This document shows, piece after piece, positions 8,007 through 18,082 of a stretch of DNA of 64,000 nt (position 1 is the stretch's first letter; each line of letters opens with the position of its first letter). The notes under the pieces are model-generated. The model was not told where the DNA came from. It ran no database searches and worked only from the letters and a program-made list of their open reading frames with translations. Location: the NCBI GenBank assembly GCA_964507095.1, contig CAZDOS010000002.1, forward strand, positions 5,325 to 69,324, written 5' to 3'. The position numbers and the translations under genes were made by a program. Source of the stretch: an uncultured Oscillospiraceae bacterium (GTDB taxonomy: Bacteria; Bacillota; Clostridia; Oscillospirales; Ruminococcaceae).

Positions 8007-10199
8007 TTATTCGTCGTCCTTGTTATCGAGATGTATGACCCTGTCTCTGATCTCCCGAGTCCTTCCCTTGTTCCAGAAATTCGTTCCGATATATCCGCAG
8101 GTCCTTCTTGCGACATTGAGCTTGTCATGGTCGCGATTTCCGCAGTTAGGGCAGTACCACTCAAGGTTATCATCGAGGAGTATCTCCCCGTCGTATCCGC
8201 AAACCTGGCAGTAATCGCTCTTTGTGTTCAGCTCGGCATACATGATGTTGTCATAGATGAACCTCATCACTTCAAGGACCGCATCGGTGTTGTTGGTCAG
8301 GTTAGGCGTCTCGATGTATGAGATGGCTCCGCCCGGACTGAGCTTCTGGAACTCTGACTCGAGCTTGAGCTTCGTGAATGCATCGATCTCCTCAAATACA
8401 GGCACATGGTAGGAATTCGTGATGTAATCCCTGTCCGTGATGCCCTTGATGACCCCGAACCTGTCCTTGAGTCCTCTCGCAAACTTGTATGTGGTGGACT
8501 CGATAGGAGTGCCGTAGACCGAGTAGTCTATATCCTCGGCAGCCTTCCACCGTGCGCATGCATCATTGAGATGCTGCATGACCTTCAGGCCGAATTCCTT
8601 GCCCTCACCGTTGTCGGTGTGGGACTTGCCCGTCATGAACTTTACGCATTCATACAGGCCGGCATATCCCAGAGATATGGTCGAATATCCGTGATAGAGA
8701 AGCTCCCTGATGCTCTCGCCCTTCTCAAGCCTTGCGAGCGCGCCGTACTGCCAGAGTATCGGGGCGACGTCGCTGGTGACTCTTGCGAGCCTCTTATGTC
8801 TTATCTGAAGCGCGCGATGGCACAACTCAAGCCTTTCATCGAAGATCTCCCAGAACCTGTCCATGTCGCCGTCGGATGAAAGGGCGACGTCAGGGAGGTT
8901 GATGGTCACGACGCCCTGGTTGAAGCGTCCGTAGTACTTGCCATTGCCTTCGACATAGTTCTTGGCCTTGGCGATGTTGCCCAGGTGCATCGTGCGGTCA
9001 GGAGTGAGGAAGGATCTGCAGCCCATGCAAGGGTAGCATTCGCCCACTCCCATCTCGTTCTTCTTGAGCTCGAGCATGATCTTCTCAGAGATATAGTCAG
9101 GGACCATCCTCTTTGCGGTGCACTTTGCCGCCAGCTCGGTGAGATACCAGTACTTGGAATCCTCGCGGATGTTGTCCTCTTCAAGGACATAGAGGAGCTT
9201 TGGGAACCGAGGGGTGATGTATACGCCCTTCTCATTCTTCATTCCCTGGATGCGCTGCTTCAGGACCTCCTCGATAAGCATGGCCAGCTCTTCCTTGTAC
9301 TCTTCCGTCTCGCCGAGGTACATGTTGACGCTGAGGAACGGAGCCTGTCCGTTTGTGGTCGTCATGCTGTTGATCTGGTACTGGAAGGTCTGGACGCCGT
9401 CGGTGATCTCCTTTGCGAGATCTTCCTTGACGAACTCCCGCACCTGCTCGTCTGTAAGGCCTCTGCCGGTATATTTCCTTACATAGAAGTCACGGCTGAG
9501 CCTGATGAACGGGGCAAGATGAGTAAGGGTTATGGTCGCTCCTCCGTACTGGCTGGATGATACCGCGGTGATCAGCTGGGTGGCTATGGTCATGGCGGTC
9601 AGGAAGCGGTGAGGCTTCTCTATCATGACACCGTTTATGTTGGTGCCGTAGTTGAGCATGTCCTCGAGGTTTATAAGGTCGCAGTTATGCAGTGCGTTCT
9701 GAGCAAAATAGTCCGCGTCGTGGAAATGGATTATTCCTGCGTCATGAGCGGCAACGATATCCTCAGGGAGCAGAAGACGTCTGGTGATATCGGTTGATGT
9801 GATGCCTGCAAGATAGTCACGCTGCGTGGTAACGACCTTGGCATTCTTGTTTGAGTTTTCCGTATTCCAGTATTCGTTCTCGTTATCGAGCAGCTCCTTG
9901 ATGGCGCGGTCCGTCGTGTTGGCCCTTCTGACCAGCTCTCTCGTGTAGCGGTATGTAATGTACTTCTTTGCGAGGACGTATTTGCCGATCGACATCAGTC
10001 TCATCTCGATTATGTCCTGGATGTCCTCAACGAGTATCCTGCTCTTTCCGAGCGACTCGATGTATTTGATGATGTTCTTTATCTGGGTGGAAGATACCTG
10101 GTCTTCCTCAAGCACTTCCTTATTCGCCTTCATTATTGCGTCTTCGATCTTGCTCGGCACGTAATCCACGACATTGCCGTCTCTCTTGATGACTTTCAT
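8007..10199 (-). CDS. nrdD: Anaerobic ribonucleoside-triphosphate reductase
   Basis: N-terminal ATP-cone, C-terminal Zn-ribbon CQVCGY...CPNCG, and the glycyl-radical motif RRTCGYIG. Confidence 0.95.
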   Translation of the reverse strand: MKVIKRDGNVVDYVPSKIEDAIMKANKEVLEEDQVSSTQIKNIIKYIESLGKSRILVEDIQDIIEMRLMSIGKYVLAKKYITYRYTRELVRRANTTDRAIKELLDNENEYWNTENSNKNAKVVTTQRDYLAGITSTDITRRLLLPEDIVAAHDAGIIHFHDADYFAQNALHNCDLINLEDMLNYGTNINGVMIEKPHRFLTAMTIATQLITAVSSSQYGGATITLTHLAPFIRLSRDFYVRKYTGRGLTDEQVREFVKEDLAKEITDGVQTFQYQINSMTTTNGQAPFLSVNMYLGETEEYKEELAMLIEEVLKQRIQGMKNEKGVYITPRFPKLLYVLEEDNIREDSKYWYLTELAAKCTAKRMVPDYISEKIMLELKKNEMGVGECYPCMGCRSFLTPDRTMHLGNIAKAKNYVEGNGKYYGRFNQGVVTINLPDVALSSDGDMDRFWEIFDERLELCHRALQIRHKRLARVTSDVAPILWQYGALARLEKGESIRELLYHGYSTISLGYAGLYECVKFMTGKSHTDNGEGKEFGLKVMQHLNDACARWKAAEDIDYSVYGTPIESTTYKFARGLKDRFGVIKGITDRDYITNSYHVPVFEEIDAFTKLKLESEFQKLSPGGAISYIETPNLTNNTDAVLEVMRFIYDNIMYAELNTKSDYCQVCGYDGEILLDDNLEWYCPNCGNRDHDKLNVARRTCGYIGTNFWNKGRTREIRDRVIHLDNKDDE

Positions 10200-10341
10200 G
10201 ATCTCTCTTTCCTTCCGATTGTTAATATATTTATACCCTGCTTGGTTTGATCGTCTACTCTAAAAAAACGATCGCAGACATAGGTGGTGCGATCAGTTTC
10301 TTGACAGAAAACAATATATCATATTAATATATTCTTGAAAA

Positions 10342-10357
10342 AGTTGCATATGCAACT
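10342..10357. promoter_or_regulatory. Perfect 16-bp palindrome AGTTGCATATGCAACT (candidate Crp/Fnr-type operator)
   Basis: Seen directly in the sequence. It has 5-4-5 half-site geometry (GTTGC-ATAT-GCAAC) and lies in the divergent nrdD / crp-fnr intergenic region. Confidence 0.4.
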
Positions 10358-10470
10358 ATTTGAATTGTTTTCAGTAATCACGCTGAAAATATTAACATAT
10401 CCATGGTCCTTTTGATAGTTGCAAAAGGACCAAAAAAGAATTTGTTTTTTCTACATCGGGAGGGTTGACA

Positions 10471-11130
10471 ATGTCAAATCTGTTCGCGGGAATGAGCGAG
10501 GAAGCCGTCAGGATCATCACTCACAATCTGGATATATCCCGGATATCACTCAAGGCGGGAAGCGATCTGCTCGATCTTGTCTCTCCGGGAAGATTCCTCG
10601 GTATCGTCGATGAGGGGCAGATAGACATAATGAGGACCGATTCCGCCGGCAATAGCATGCTCCTTTTCAGCGGCACGGAAAACTCGGTATTCGGTCCGTA
10701 TTACACAAGAGACAACCGAGGCGAGATTTCGATCGTTGCGAGAAAGAGATCAAAAGTCACCCTGATCGATTATTCCCTTTTTGCTTCTGTCAGGAGAGAG
10801 GACGGTCTGTACGCCCTTTTCAACAAGAATCTTCTTGATATGCTCATCCGGACTGACCGGTCGCTGAATGAAAGGACGACCGTCATCATGCAGAAATCCA
10901 TCAGGACCAAGCTTCTCGAGTTCTTCAGGCAGGAGACAAAGAAAACGGGTTCACGCACTTTCACGATGCCCTTTACCTTCACCTTCCTTGCGGACTGGCT
11001 TTCCGTGGACAGGAGCGCGATGCAGAGGGAGCTAAAAAACCTAAAGGAAGACGGCTTCATCCGGATCAGAGGCAGGACCGTTACTCTTCTGGAGGGCACG
11101 GACAGCTCGGTATATAACCGATTCGGATGA
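10471..11130 (+). CDS. Crp/Fnr-family transcriptional regulator
   Basis: N-terminal cNMP-binding-like barrel and C-terminal HTH (TFLADWLSVDRSAMQRELKNLKEDGFI). ATG 10471 follows GGGAGGG. Confidence 0.85.
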   Translation: MSNLFAGMSEEAVRIITHNLDISRISLKAGSDLLDLVSPGRFLGIVDEGQIDIMRTDSAGNSMLLFSGTENSVFGPYYTRDNRGEISIVARKRSKVTLIDYSLFASVRREDGLYALFNKNLLDMLIRTDRSLNERTTVIMQKSIRTKLLEFFRQETKKTGSRTFTMPFTFTFLADWLSVDRSAMQRELKNLKEDGFIRIRGRTVTLLEGTDSSVYNRFG

Positions 11131-11151
11131 TATGACCATCGCAGTGAATGC

Positions 11152-11181
11152 AAAAGGCTACCCAAAAGGGCAGCCTTTTTT
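11152..11181. terminator. Terminator hairpin between convergent crp/fnr and mscS-type genes
   Basis: AAAAGGCTACCC / GGGCAGCCTTTT stem followed by a T-run. Confidence 0.7.
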
Positions 11182-11198
11182 GTGTCTGTTCTGTCTTG

Positions 11199-12122
11199 TC
11201 AGACGTTATGCACATCAAGCTGATTGAACGGAACCGTGATCCCATTGTCGTCAAAGAGTATCTTCATCTCTCTGTTCAGTCTTCTTGTCGCTACGAAGTA
11301 GTCCTTCTCCATGCAGTCTACCGTGACTCTGATCACAACGGCTGATTCGCCGAGTTCCTGAACGCCCCTGTAGATAGGAGTGGACTGGAACAGACCTCTG
11401 TTGCGTTCATACATGTCCGGGAGGGCGCTCATTACGACCTGCTCTATCTCGCGGATGTCAGAATCGTACGGAGTGCCGATGTCGCAGATCGCCATAGACA
11501 TGTTCTGAGACCTGTTCTGGATATTTCTGATGTCGGAATTGTTGACGACCTTGAGGTTTCCGCCTGTATCCTCAATAACCGTTGTCCTTATCCCTATCTT
11601 CTTGACGGTTCCTCTGAATTCATCAAGTATGATGACATCGCCTATGTTGTAATAACCTTCCGCAATGATGAAGATGCCCGTTATGGTATCCTCGATAAGG
11701 CTCTGCGCGCCGAAGCCTATGATCAGGGAGATAAGTCCCAGAGATGCGAATATACCTGTGAGGTTGACTCCGAAGATGGCGAGCACCCAGACTATGGCTA
11801 CGATTAGGCAGATCCATCTGACTATGCTTCCCAAAAGTCCGGCGACAGTCTGTGAACGCGCCTTTCCCTTTGCGAAGAAACTGAAGACCAGTCCCCGTAT
11901 CGAAGCTATCAGTCCCATGAGGGCGATAACCGCACCGGCGGTGAACAGGTTGGCCCGTGAGAAAACTCCGTTACCGCTTCCCACTCCGCCAAAGGTGTCT
12001 CTCAGCTGAGCCTTGACTGCCCGTACTGCCGGCTGTGACAGCGGGAATATCTCCGGCTTCATGAACAAGATGAATAACACCAGAAGGATAACGATCCTTA
12101 TGATATAGTTTTTGCTTTTCAT
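11199..12122 (-). CDS. MscS-family mechanosensitive channel
   Basis: N-terminal TM helices followed by the MscS beta-domain (GDVIILDEFRGTVKKIGIRTTVIED). Confidence 0.88.
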   Translation of the reverse strand: MKSKNYIIRIVILLVLFILFMKPEIFPLSQPAVRAVKAQLRDTFGGVGSGNGVFSRANLFTAGAVIALMGLIASIRGLVFSFFAKGKARSQTVAGLLGSIVRWICLIVAIVWVLAIFGVNLTGIFASLGLISLIIGFGAQSLIEDTITGIFIIAEGYYNIGDVIILDEFRGTVKKIGIRTTVIEDTGGNLKVVNNSDIRNIQNRSQNMSMAICDIGTPYDSDIREIEQVVMSALPDMYERNRGLFQSTPIYRGVQELGESAVVIRVTVDCMEKDYFVATRRLNREMKILFDDNGITVPFNQLDVHNV

Positions 12123-12182
12123 GACTATCTCCTCATAGTTATGTATTCATGCAGGACCATGGGTCCTGTAATGTGTTGGTTA

Positions 12183-15100
12183 TCAGACTAATAACGATAA
12201 CTCTACCGGGATCCTTACATCCTTGTTCAAGACCTCACCGTCAAGTGTGTAGTTCATGGTTATCACCACGTAGATCTCGTCGTTTACGCCCGTCAGCTGC
12301 AGATTCGTGAATGACAGTCCGCTGATATGGTATCCGGTATCGGTCTGTGCAAATTCCAGATCATTCGTAGCGGCAGTGTTTGCAGGTGATCCGGACTCAA
12401 ATTTCTGGATCACTGCAGTGACGCTGTTGACTGTTCCGTCATTATTCAAGGCGTCCACATCGAGGTTCACGGATGCCGAATCGATCAATCCGTTATACAG
12501 TTCGAAGTTTCCGGATCCGTAGAACAGGACCGTGCTGTCCGAATTCACAGCAAAGTCCGGTGCCACCGGCGTCGGATCGCTTGGAGCGGTGAACAGATAT
12601 GTTCCGCTTCCTTCTCTGTAGCCAGGATTGTCGAAGTCATCGGATGTCAGCATGGCAGTGACCGTAATAGTCTCATTGTTGAACAGTCCGTTGCCCATCG
12701 GCAGGTTATAGACCGTGATCTGTGCATTTCCGCCCGCGACCGAAACGTCACCTGTCATCGTCAAGATGTCGATCTGTCTTCCGTTGGAGCCAGTTACTGT
12801 GATGAGAACATCCACCGTATCTCCCGAAAGGGCTGACGGGAACGTGATGGCCGAATTTGTCGGATCAATGGTCGCTCCTTCAACTACCACCACGGCATTG
12901 AGTTCAGGCAAATATGTCCTTGCGTCATCTGTGTCGATGTATTCCACCGGTCCTCCCGGATTCCGTTCGAACACGGATACCGACAGTGATACATCGTCAG
13001 GATCAGTTTCCTGCGGAGCAGTATAGGAATCTCTGTTGGAAACGATCTCGTTCCCGTCGCATACCAGTGAGACATTTGCCGTCACCGTCTCTCCGCCAAA
13101 CAGTCCCTGATAAGGCAGCGTGAACTGAGGAACGTCTATGTAGACATCCTGACCTTCGATCCTGACAGATGCATCGAACGATACCGTAGGAGCAGTTGTG
13201 CTGTCAGTGCTTCTTGTGAATGTAAACGTCACGGTATCTGCTATAGACCGAGGATCTGTCACGGCACCGTTTTCGACCACTGCGCCTTCAAGCTTTATGA
13301 CAGGCGTGATCGCCGGGATGTACATGACCTGATCGTTACCGTCAATGTATGACTCCATATGGCTCGGATCGTCGCTGAGTTCGAGACTCAGGCTCAGATC
13401 GTCAGGCTGAATTGGAACATCAGGCACTTCGTATGTTGTCGTCGCCGTCAGCGAGCCGGTCGTTCCGTTATATGTATACGGCACCGTTGCCGTGAGCGTC
13501 ACGGTCTTGCCTGCAGGCCAGCCGTCATCGAAGAGATCGTCTATCGTTATGGTCACTTCTGAACCTACATTCAACGTTCCGCTCATGCTGCGGTCAAATG
13601 CGGTCTCTCCGTCAGAGAAGTTCACGGTGATGTTGTCTGCATCGATACTGTCAGGCATTACCAATGTGCTGCCGTTGACCTCAGCTCCGCTGATTGTCAA
13701 CGTACCGGTGACATTAGGGAATGCTATGTATATGCCGTCGAGCGTACTTATAGGAGGAACTTCTCCGTCATCAACTGCAGCAAAAGACATGCTGAGCTGC
13801 GATGGATCTGGATCGGTCTTTTCAGGGACCACGAACTGGGCGTCTGCAGTGATCTCGCCTCCGTCATAGGAAACGGTCGCAGTGACTGTTATAGGTTCAT
13901 TCTGATCCAGAGGCTCTCCTACCGGTATGCTTATCAGCGTGATCTGGAGCTTTCCGTCATCGTTCACGTAAGGCTGGCCCCAGGCTGTTGAATTCAGGAT
14001 TGACCCATTGGCTCTGGTTATGGAGATCCGGACATCCTCTCCGTTGAAGCCCTCAGGATCTGTGACGGTCTGACCGGATATTTCTAGTCCGTCCAGGAAT
14101 AGCATTCCGTAAAGATCCATATTGGCCTGCGGATCTCCGCCGTCGGCAGGATATACCCAGCTTGGCGTATTGTAGTAGAGCTCAAGAGTCATCGAGTATT
14201 TGCCTGCAGGATCATCCGGAACGGTGTATTCGGTTTCGGCATCAAGTGTTCCGTCCGGATAGGTTACCGTTGCTGCTATCGTAAGGACATCGCCAGGATG
14301 GACAGGAGCCTCCAGCGGCAGCCGTTCGATCGTTATGATCGGCACATTGTTCTCAATGTCCAGGCTTCCCTCAACATCACCTTCAAATATCGCATCGGTG
14401 CCGTTCTCGTCTGTGATCTTGATATGGACCAGCTCATCTATGGATTCAGGATATACCAGCTGGTCGTTGACTACTTCAAGAGCGTTTCCTCCGACTCTGA
14501 GAACTGTTCCGAGTGACAGGAATACTATCTCGTCACCGAAATCATCGGTGCCGTAATCGAATAGATCAAGGTGTTCGTCTATGCTTATTTCAAGTGACAG
14601 ATCGTCCGTATTGTTCTCGGTCCAGTGTGCTCTGAGTGTGATATCGTCGGTTATAGGGGTATTTGCGAAATCAAACGCCGTCCGTGCGCTCGTACCGCTC
14701 GGATCATACCAGAAATCGAATGTGTAATCCGCGCCTGCCGGATCGACCGCGCCAGGATCCCTGGCATACTCTCCGTGATTGACGTACTGTGACCGAGGAG
14801 GAGAACCGTATTCCGTCTCGAATGTGACCAAATGAGTGATCGTGTATGGCGCGCGGAACGTATAATCCGTAGTCCGCGTTATGTAACCGAGATTTGTCCC
14901 GACTCCCAGCTCGAAATGGATAGTCTCGTTGTCGTATAGACCATCGGCAATATTCAGAGGGAGATAGTCCGCGCTCAACGTGACCCTGCCTTCAACAACG
15001 TCCTCGATATCCATATCTACGCCGGTGTTATCCGCCAGCACGCGTCCGTCTCTGCCCGTGGCATAGATGCTGCCGGCTTCCGTCGTGTATATGTCACTCG

Positions 15101-16322
15101 GATATACTATATCATCTCCGGCATCGTTAAGCTTGATTCCGTCGAGATAGTATGTTGCTCCAAGTGCAGGATACCATACGATCTCGCCGTTGTCGTCGGT
15201 GCCGTAATCTATATCGCCTCCGGCAGTGTTGTCAAATACCGTAACCGAAAGTGTCAGGTCTCTGCCGTGGGCAGGCATCGTATAAGTACCGGTCGCGGTG
15301 AGCTGTCCGTCCCGGTAGGTTATGACAGCCGTGACTGTGATCTTCTCCTGAGGATATCCGAGCTCAAACGGAATTCTCTCTATTTCAATGGAAGCGGAAT
15401 TCCGCTCCAGTGTGCCCCAGACACCGACAACAGTCTCATCGGACACTATCGTTCCCTGCTCGGAACCTGTTATGGTGAGTTTGATATTGTCAATATCAAG
15501 TCCTGCAGGATACTCGACTCTCTCTCCGCTCTCATCCAGCTTCGTTCCGTTGATGGTGAGGGTGCCCATGAGATGTCCGGTGATCATTATCTCTCCGTTG
15601 TTGCTTTCTACAACGCCGTAGTCATTCTCCTGCGTATTGTAGACAGACAGTGTTGCCGACGGACCCGAAGGCTGCTCGCTGGACGAACTCTCGCTTGAAG
15701 AGGTGCTGCTGGACGAGGACGGCCCTATGCTCTGGCTGGACGATGAAGATTCATCACTGGACCGCTCAGAGTCACTGCTGGATTCAGGATATGATGTTCC
15801 CGTATCGGTACTCGATACCGGTCCTATAGGAATGACCGGACCGGGACCCGGTTCGCCCGGCGATGCGGTTGTGAAATCGTAGACCTTAAGCAGTCTGTCT
15901 TCCCCATCCTTGACAGTGCGGAAAACAACTGAATATGTAGTGCCCGGCTCCAGCCCCTTGAAGTAAAGACCTGTGTCATCGGATTCGAAGATGCCTTTCT
16001 CGATTATCTTTTCTATCAAGGTAAAATTGTCATCGTTGATGATGGGGTAATCAGACTTCTTCACCAACATGTACTCAACAGGATCATCTTCGATATTGTT
16101 CCTTATGTCTACATCAAGTATGGCGTCAGTAAAGCCTATGGCTATCGGCGAGCATTTTACGTACAGATTTATGACGGCTACAACGGCAACAACCGCAGTG
16201 ATGGCTGCGGCAAGCAAAAACGCAGGAAACTTTACCCTGTGCTCACTTGTCTCGTTTAACATAGGGAAAAATTCCTGCTCAAAGGATTCATTGTATTCAG
16301 TTGTCATGCTGGTGTCGGCCAT
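12183..16322 (-). CDS. Large (1379 aa) N-terminally anchored modular surface protein
   Basis: One TM helix at aa ~33-55, a Ser-rich linker at aa 169-222, seven ~130-aa related modules, and one Listeria-Bacteroides (Flg_new) repeat at aa 492-567. I found no LPXTG. Confidence 0.85.
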   Translation of the reverse strand: MADTSMTTEYNESFEQEFFPMLNETSEHRVKFPAFLLAAAITAVVAVVAVINLYVKCSPIAIGFTDAILDVDIRNNIEDDPVEYMLVKKSDYPIINDDNFTLIEKIIEKGIFESDDTGLYFKGLEPGTTYSVVFRTVKDGEDRLLKVYDFTTASPGEPGPGPVIPIGPVSSTDTGTSYPESSSDSERSSDESSSSSQSIGPSSSSSTSSSESSSSEQPSGPSATLSVYNTQENDYGVVESNNGEIMITGHLMGTLTINGTKLDESGERVEYPAGLDIDNIKLTITGSEQGTIVSDETVVGVWGTLERNSASIEIERIPFELGYPQEKITVTAVITYRDGQLTATGTYTMPAHGRDLTLSVTVFDNTAGGDIDYGTDDNGEIVWYPALGATYYLDGIKLNDAGDDIVYPSDIYTTEAGSIYATGRDGRVLADNTGVDMDIEDVVEGRVTLSADYLPLNIADGLYDNETIHFELGVGTNLGYITRTTDYTFRAPYTITHLVTFETEYGSPPRSQYVNHGEYARDPGAVDPAGADYTFDFWYDPSGTSARTAFDFANTPITDDITLRAHWTENNTDDLSLEISIDEHLDLFDYGTDDFGDEIVFLSLGTVLRVGGNALEVVNDQLVYPESIDELVHIKITDENGTDAIFEGDVEGSLDIENNVPIITIERLPLEAPVHPGDVLTIAATVTYPDGTLDAETEYTVPDDPAGKYSMTLELYYNTPSWVYPADGGDPQANMDLYGMLFLDGLEISGQTVTDPEGFNGEDVRISITRANGSILNSTAWGQPYVNDDGKLQITLISIPVGEPLDQNEPITVTATVSYDGGEITADAQFVVPEKTDPDPSQLSMSFAAVDDGEVPPISTLDGIYIAFPNVTGTLTISGAEVNGSTLVMPDSIDADNITVNFSDGETAFDRSMSGTLNVGSEVTITIDDLFDDGWPAGKTVTLTATVPYTYNGTTGSLTATTTYEVPDVPIQPDDLSLSLELSDDPSHMESYIDGNDQVMYIPAITPVIKLEGAVVENGAVTDPRSIADTVTFTFTRSTDSTTAPTVSFDASVRIEGQDVYIDVPQFTLPYQGLFGGETVTANVSLVCDGNEIVSNRDSYTAPQETDPDDVSLSVSVFERNPGGPVEYIDTDDARTYLPELNAVVVVEGATIDPTNSAITFPSALSGDTVDVLITVTGSNGRQIDILTMTGDVSVAGGNAQITVYNLPMGNGLFNNETITVTAMLTSDDFDNPGYREGSGTYLFTAPSDPTPVAPDFAVNSDSTVLFYGSGNFELYNGLIDSASVNLDVDALNNDGTVNSVTAVIQKFESGSPANTAATNDLEFAQTDTGYHISGLSFTNLQLTGVNDEIYVVITMNYTLDGEVLNKDVRIPVELSLLV
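12582..15656 (-). repeat. Seven divergent tandem ~130-aa coding modules inside the 1379-aa protein
   Basis: Each module starts with an (L/V)S(L/M)S-type strand. Each ends in ...(I/V)TVTA(x)V(x)Y.DG...A...Y(T)xP. Confidence 0.7.
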
Positions 16323-16460
16323 GTCTTTACCCTCAAAAAGATTGAGATTACAGCCAATATATATAGATAATATATTTTATATTATTTCAAGTCAAGATAA
16401 TCTCGCAAAATTGATCTATTTGATTATCTATGTGACTTTTTTGCTATTCTTTTACATGGA

Positions 16461-16495
16461 AAAAAACGGCTCCTTGCCGTTCGGGCAGGGAGCCG
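16461..16495 (-). terminator. Rho-independent terminator after the MFS gene
   Basis: 12-bp GC-rich stem (CGGCTCCTTGCC / GGCAGGGAGCCG) with a U-run on the minus strand. Confidence 0.8.
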
Positions 16496-16519
16496 TTGAG
16501 GTCGAACTATTATTCAGTA

Positions 16520-18082
16520 TTACTCTTCCGGGGTGAATTCTTCCTTTTCACCGTCATTTTCTCCGAACACAAGTTCAAGTTTCGGAGTCAGATCCTCATT
16601 CATTAACCTTTCTTCAAAAGCCCGGATCTCCTCCTCGCTGGGACCGTCATCTTTTTTCTCTGCGGCAGCATCAGCCACGTCAACATCTGAAACAGCATCC
16701 TTTCCGTGAGCTTCTTCTGCGGCTGTCTGTTCGACGCTGTCGTCTTCAGGACCATTTTCCGGCTCGGTTTTCTCGGCCTTTTTCTTCATCTTCCTCGGCT
16801 TTGAAGGAGCATCTCCGCTGACGGCTCTGGTCACAGGAGAAGTGTTCTTCGCAATGATGATGCCTGCAAAGATGAGAGCGATCATGACAAAGCTGAGTCC
16901 CAGGGCGATCCTGTAATTTCCGAAATAGTCATAGATATATCCTATCGCGACCATGATGACAGAGTAGCCTACGTTCGTGGCAAAGGCTATCGGAGGATAT
17001 ATCTTGTTATAGTTCTCTTCTCCGAAGAAGGTCCTGGTCAGAAGAGGCGTTCCAACGCTTCCCACTGAATATGAGGCTCCGAACAGGAACGCGCCGATGA
17101 GCATCAGCTTCGGATCGTGCACTATGAACATTATGATAAGTCCGACAAGGGTTATTGAGATCATGGTGAACACAGCTCTAAACGAGCCAAGCATGTCGGA
17201 AAGGATACCGAGAACGAACTTGAACAGGATGTTTCCGACCATGGCTGCGGAGAGGATCGTAGCCGACACGGCCACTAGTCCGACGCTCTCGACATATCCC
17301 GGGAAGTGCTGTGCGACACTGGTGATTCCGGCCACGAATACTGCCCGTATGAAGAGCGCGATAAAGGCAAGTGAGAACACTGAAGCATTCACCGGCTCTC
17401 TCTCCGGTACGGCGCCTGCAGCGCCCTCCGAGGCGATGCCGTAACCGTAAGGAGTGAGTTCATCGTCCCGCGGATTGAGATGCCAGCTCACCAGCAGTGC
17501 AGGCAGAGCAAGCAGTATCATCATTGCGCCGTTGAGCACATACGTGAATCTCCAGCCGATATTCACTATGAGATAAGAGAGTATCGGCGAAAAAAGTGCT
17601 CCTGCGAGTCCGCTGAAGCTGAAAGCCAACGACGTGATGACTCCGTGATTCTTTATGAACCAGTTATTGATTATCATCGTTATCGGCACCGAGAAGAAGA
17701 AGCTCATTGCAATACCGCGGATGGCGCCGAGTATGTAGAAAGCCGTCGTACTGCTGAACCGTCCCATAGCTGCCGTACCAGCAGCGTTGACCAGAACGGC
17801 GACAATAAGGGCCTTCTTGTAATCGATGTGCTTGAGAATGGACGGTATGAACAGCGTCACTACCGCACATGCCAGCGTCAGTATGGTCATGTGCATGGTA
17901 AAGGCTCCCCTGCCTATGCCCAGATCATCCGATACCGGTGTATAGTACACTCCGGCGACATTCGACTGAAGTCCCAAAGTGGCTGCAGCAAGAAGGCAGC
18001 AGATGATCAGCACGGCAAGGTGCTTTCCGGTCATCTTTCCGCTTCTTTCCGCAGGCGTGTTTTCTTTATTCTTAGCGAACAT
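16520..18082 (-). CDS. MFS transporter with ~110-aa acidic C-terminal tail
   Basis: 12-TM MFS profile followed by a Lys-then-Asp/Glu-rich hydrophilic tail. Confidence 0.85.
   Translation of the reverse strand: MFAKNKENTPAERSGKMTGKHLAVLIICCLLAAATLGLQSNVAGVYYTPVSDDLGIGRGAFTMHMTILTLACAVVTLFIPSILKHIDYKKALIVAVLVNAAGTAAMGRFSSTTAFYILGAIRGIAMSFFFSVPITMIINNWFIKNHGVITSLAFSFSGLAGALFSPILSYLIVNIGWRFTYVLNGAMMILLALPALLVSWHLNPRDDELTPYGYGIASEGAAGAVPEREPVNASVFSLAFIALFIRAVFVAGITSVAQHFPGYVESVGLVAVSATILSAAMVGNILFKFVLGILSDMLGSFRAVFTMISITLVGLIIMFIVHDPKLMLIGAFLFGASYSVGSVGTPLLTRTFFGEENYNKIYPPIAFATNVGYSVIMVAIGYIYDYFGNYRIALGLSFVMIALIFAGIIIAKNTSPVTRAVSGDAPSKPRKMKKKAEKTEPENGPEDDSVEQTAAEEAHGKDAVSDVDVADAAAEKKDDGPSEEEIRAFEERLMNEDLTPKLELVFGENDGEKEEFTPEE

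Noticed and set aside
10300-10345. Possible NrdR boxes upstream of nrdD (AT-rich ...AATATATT... and ...GATATATTGT...).
   Set aside because: These are only partial matches to the ACACnATATATnGTGT-type consensus. The two candidates are ~14 bp apart rather than the usual ~31-32 bp centre-to-centre spacing.
15657-15818. Ser-rich coding tract and other short tandem motifs (23232-23291, 54566-54790, 57940-57985) considered as possible CRISPR or other non-coding repeat arrays.
   Set aside because: All lie in frame inside long ORFs and encode low-complexity linkers. There is no repeat-spacer architecture anywhere in the window.
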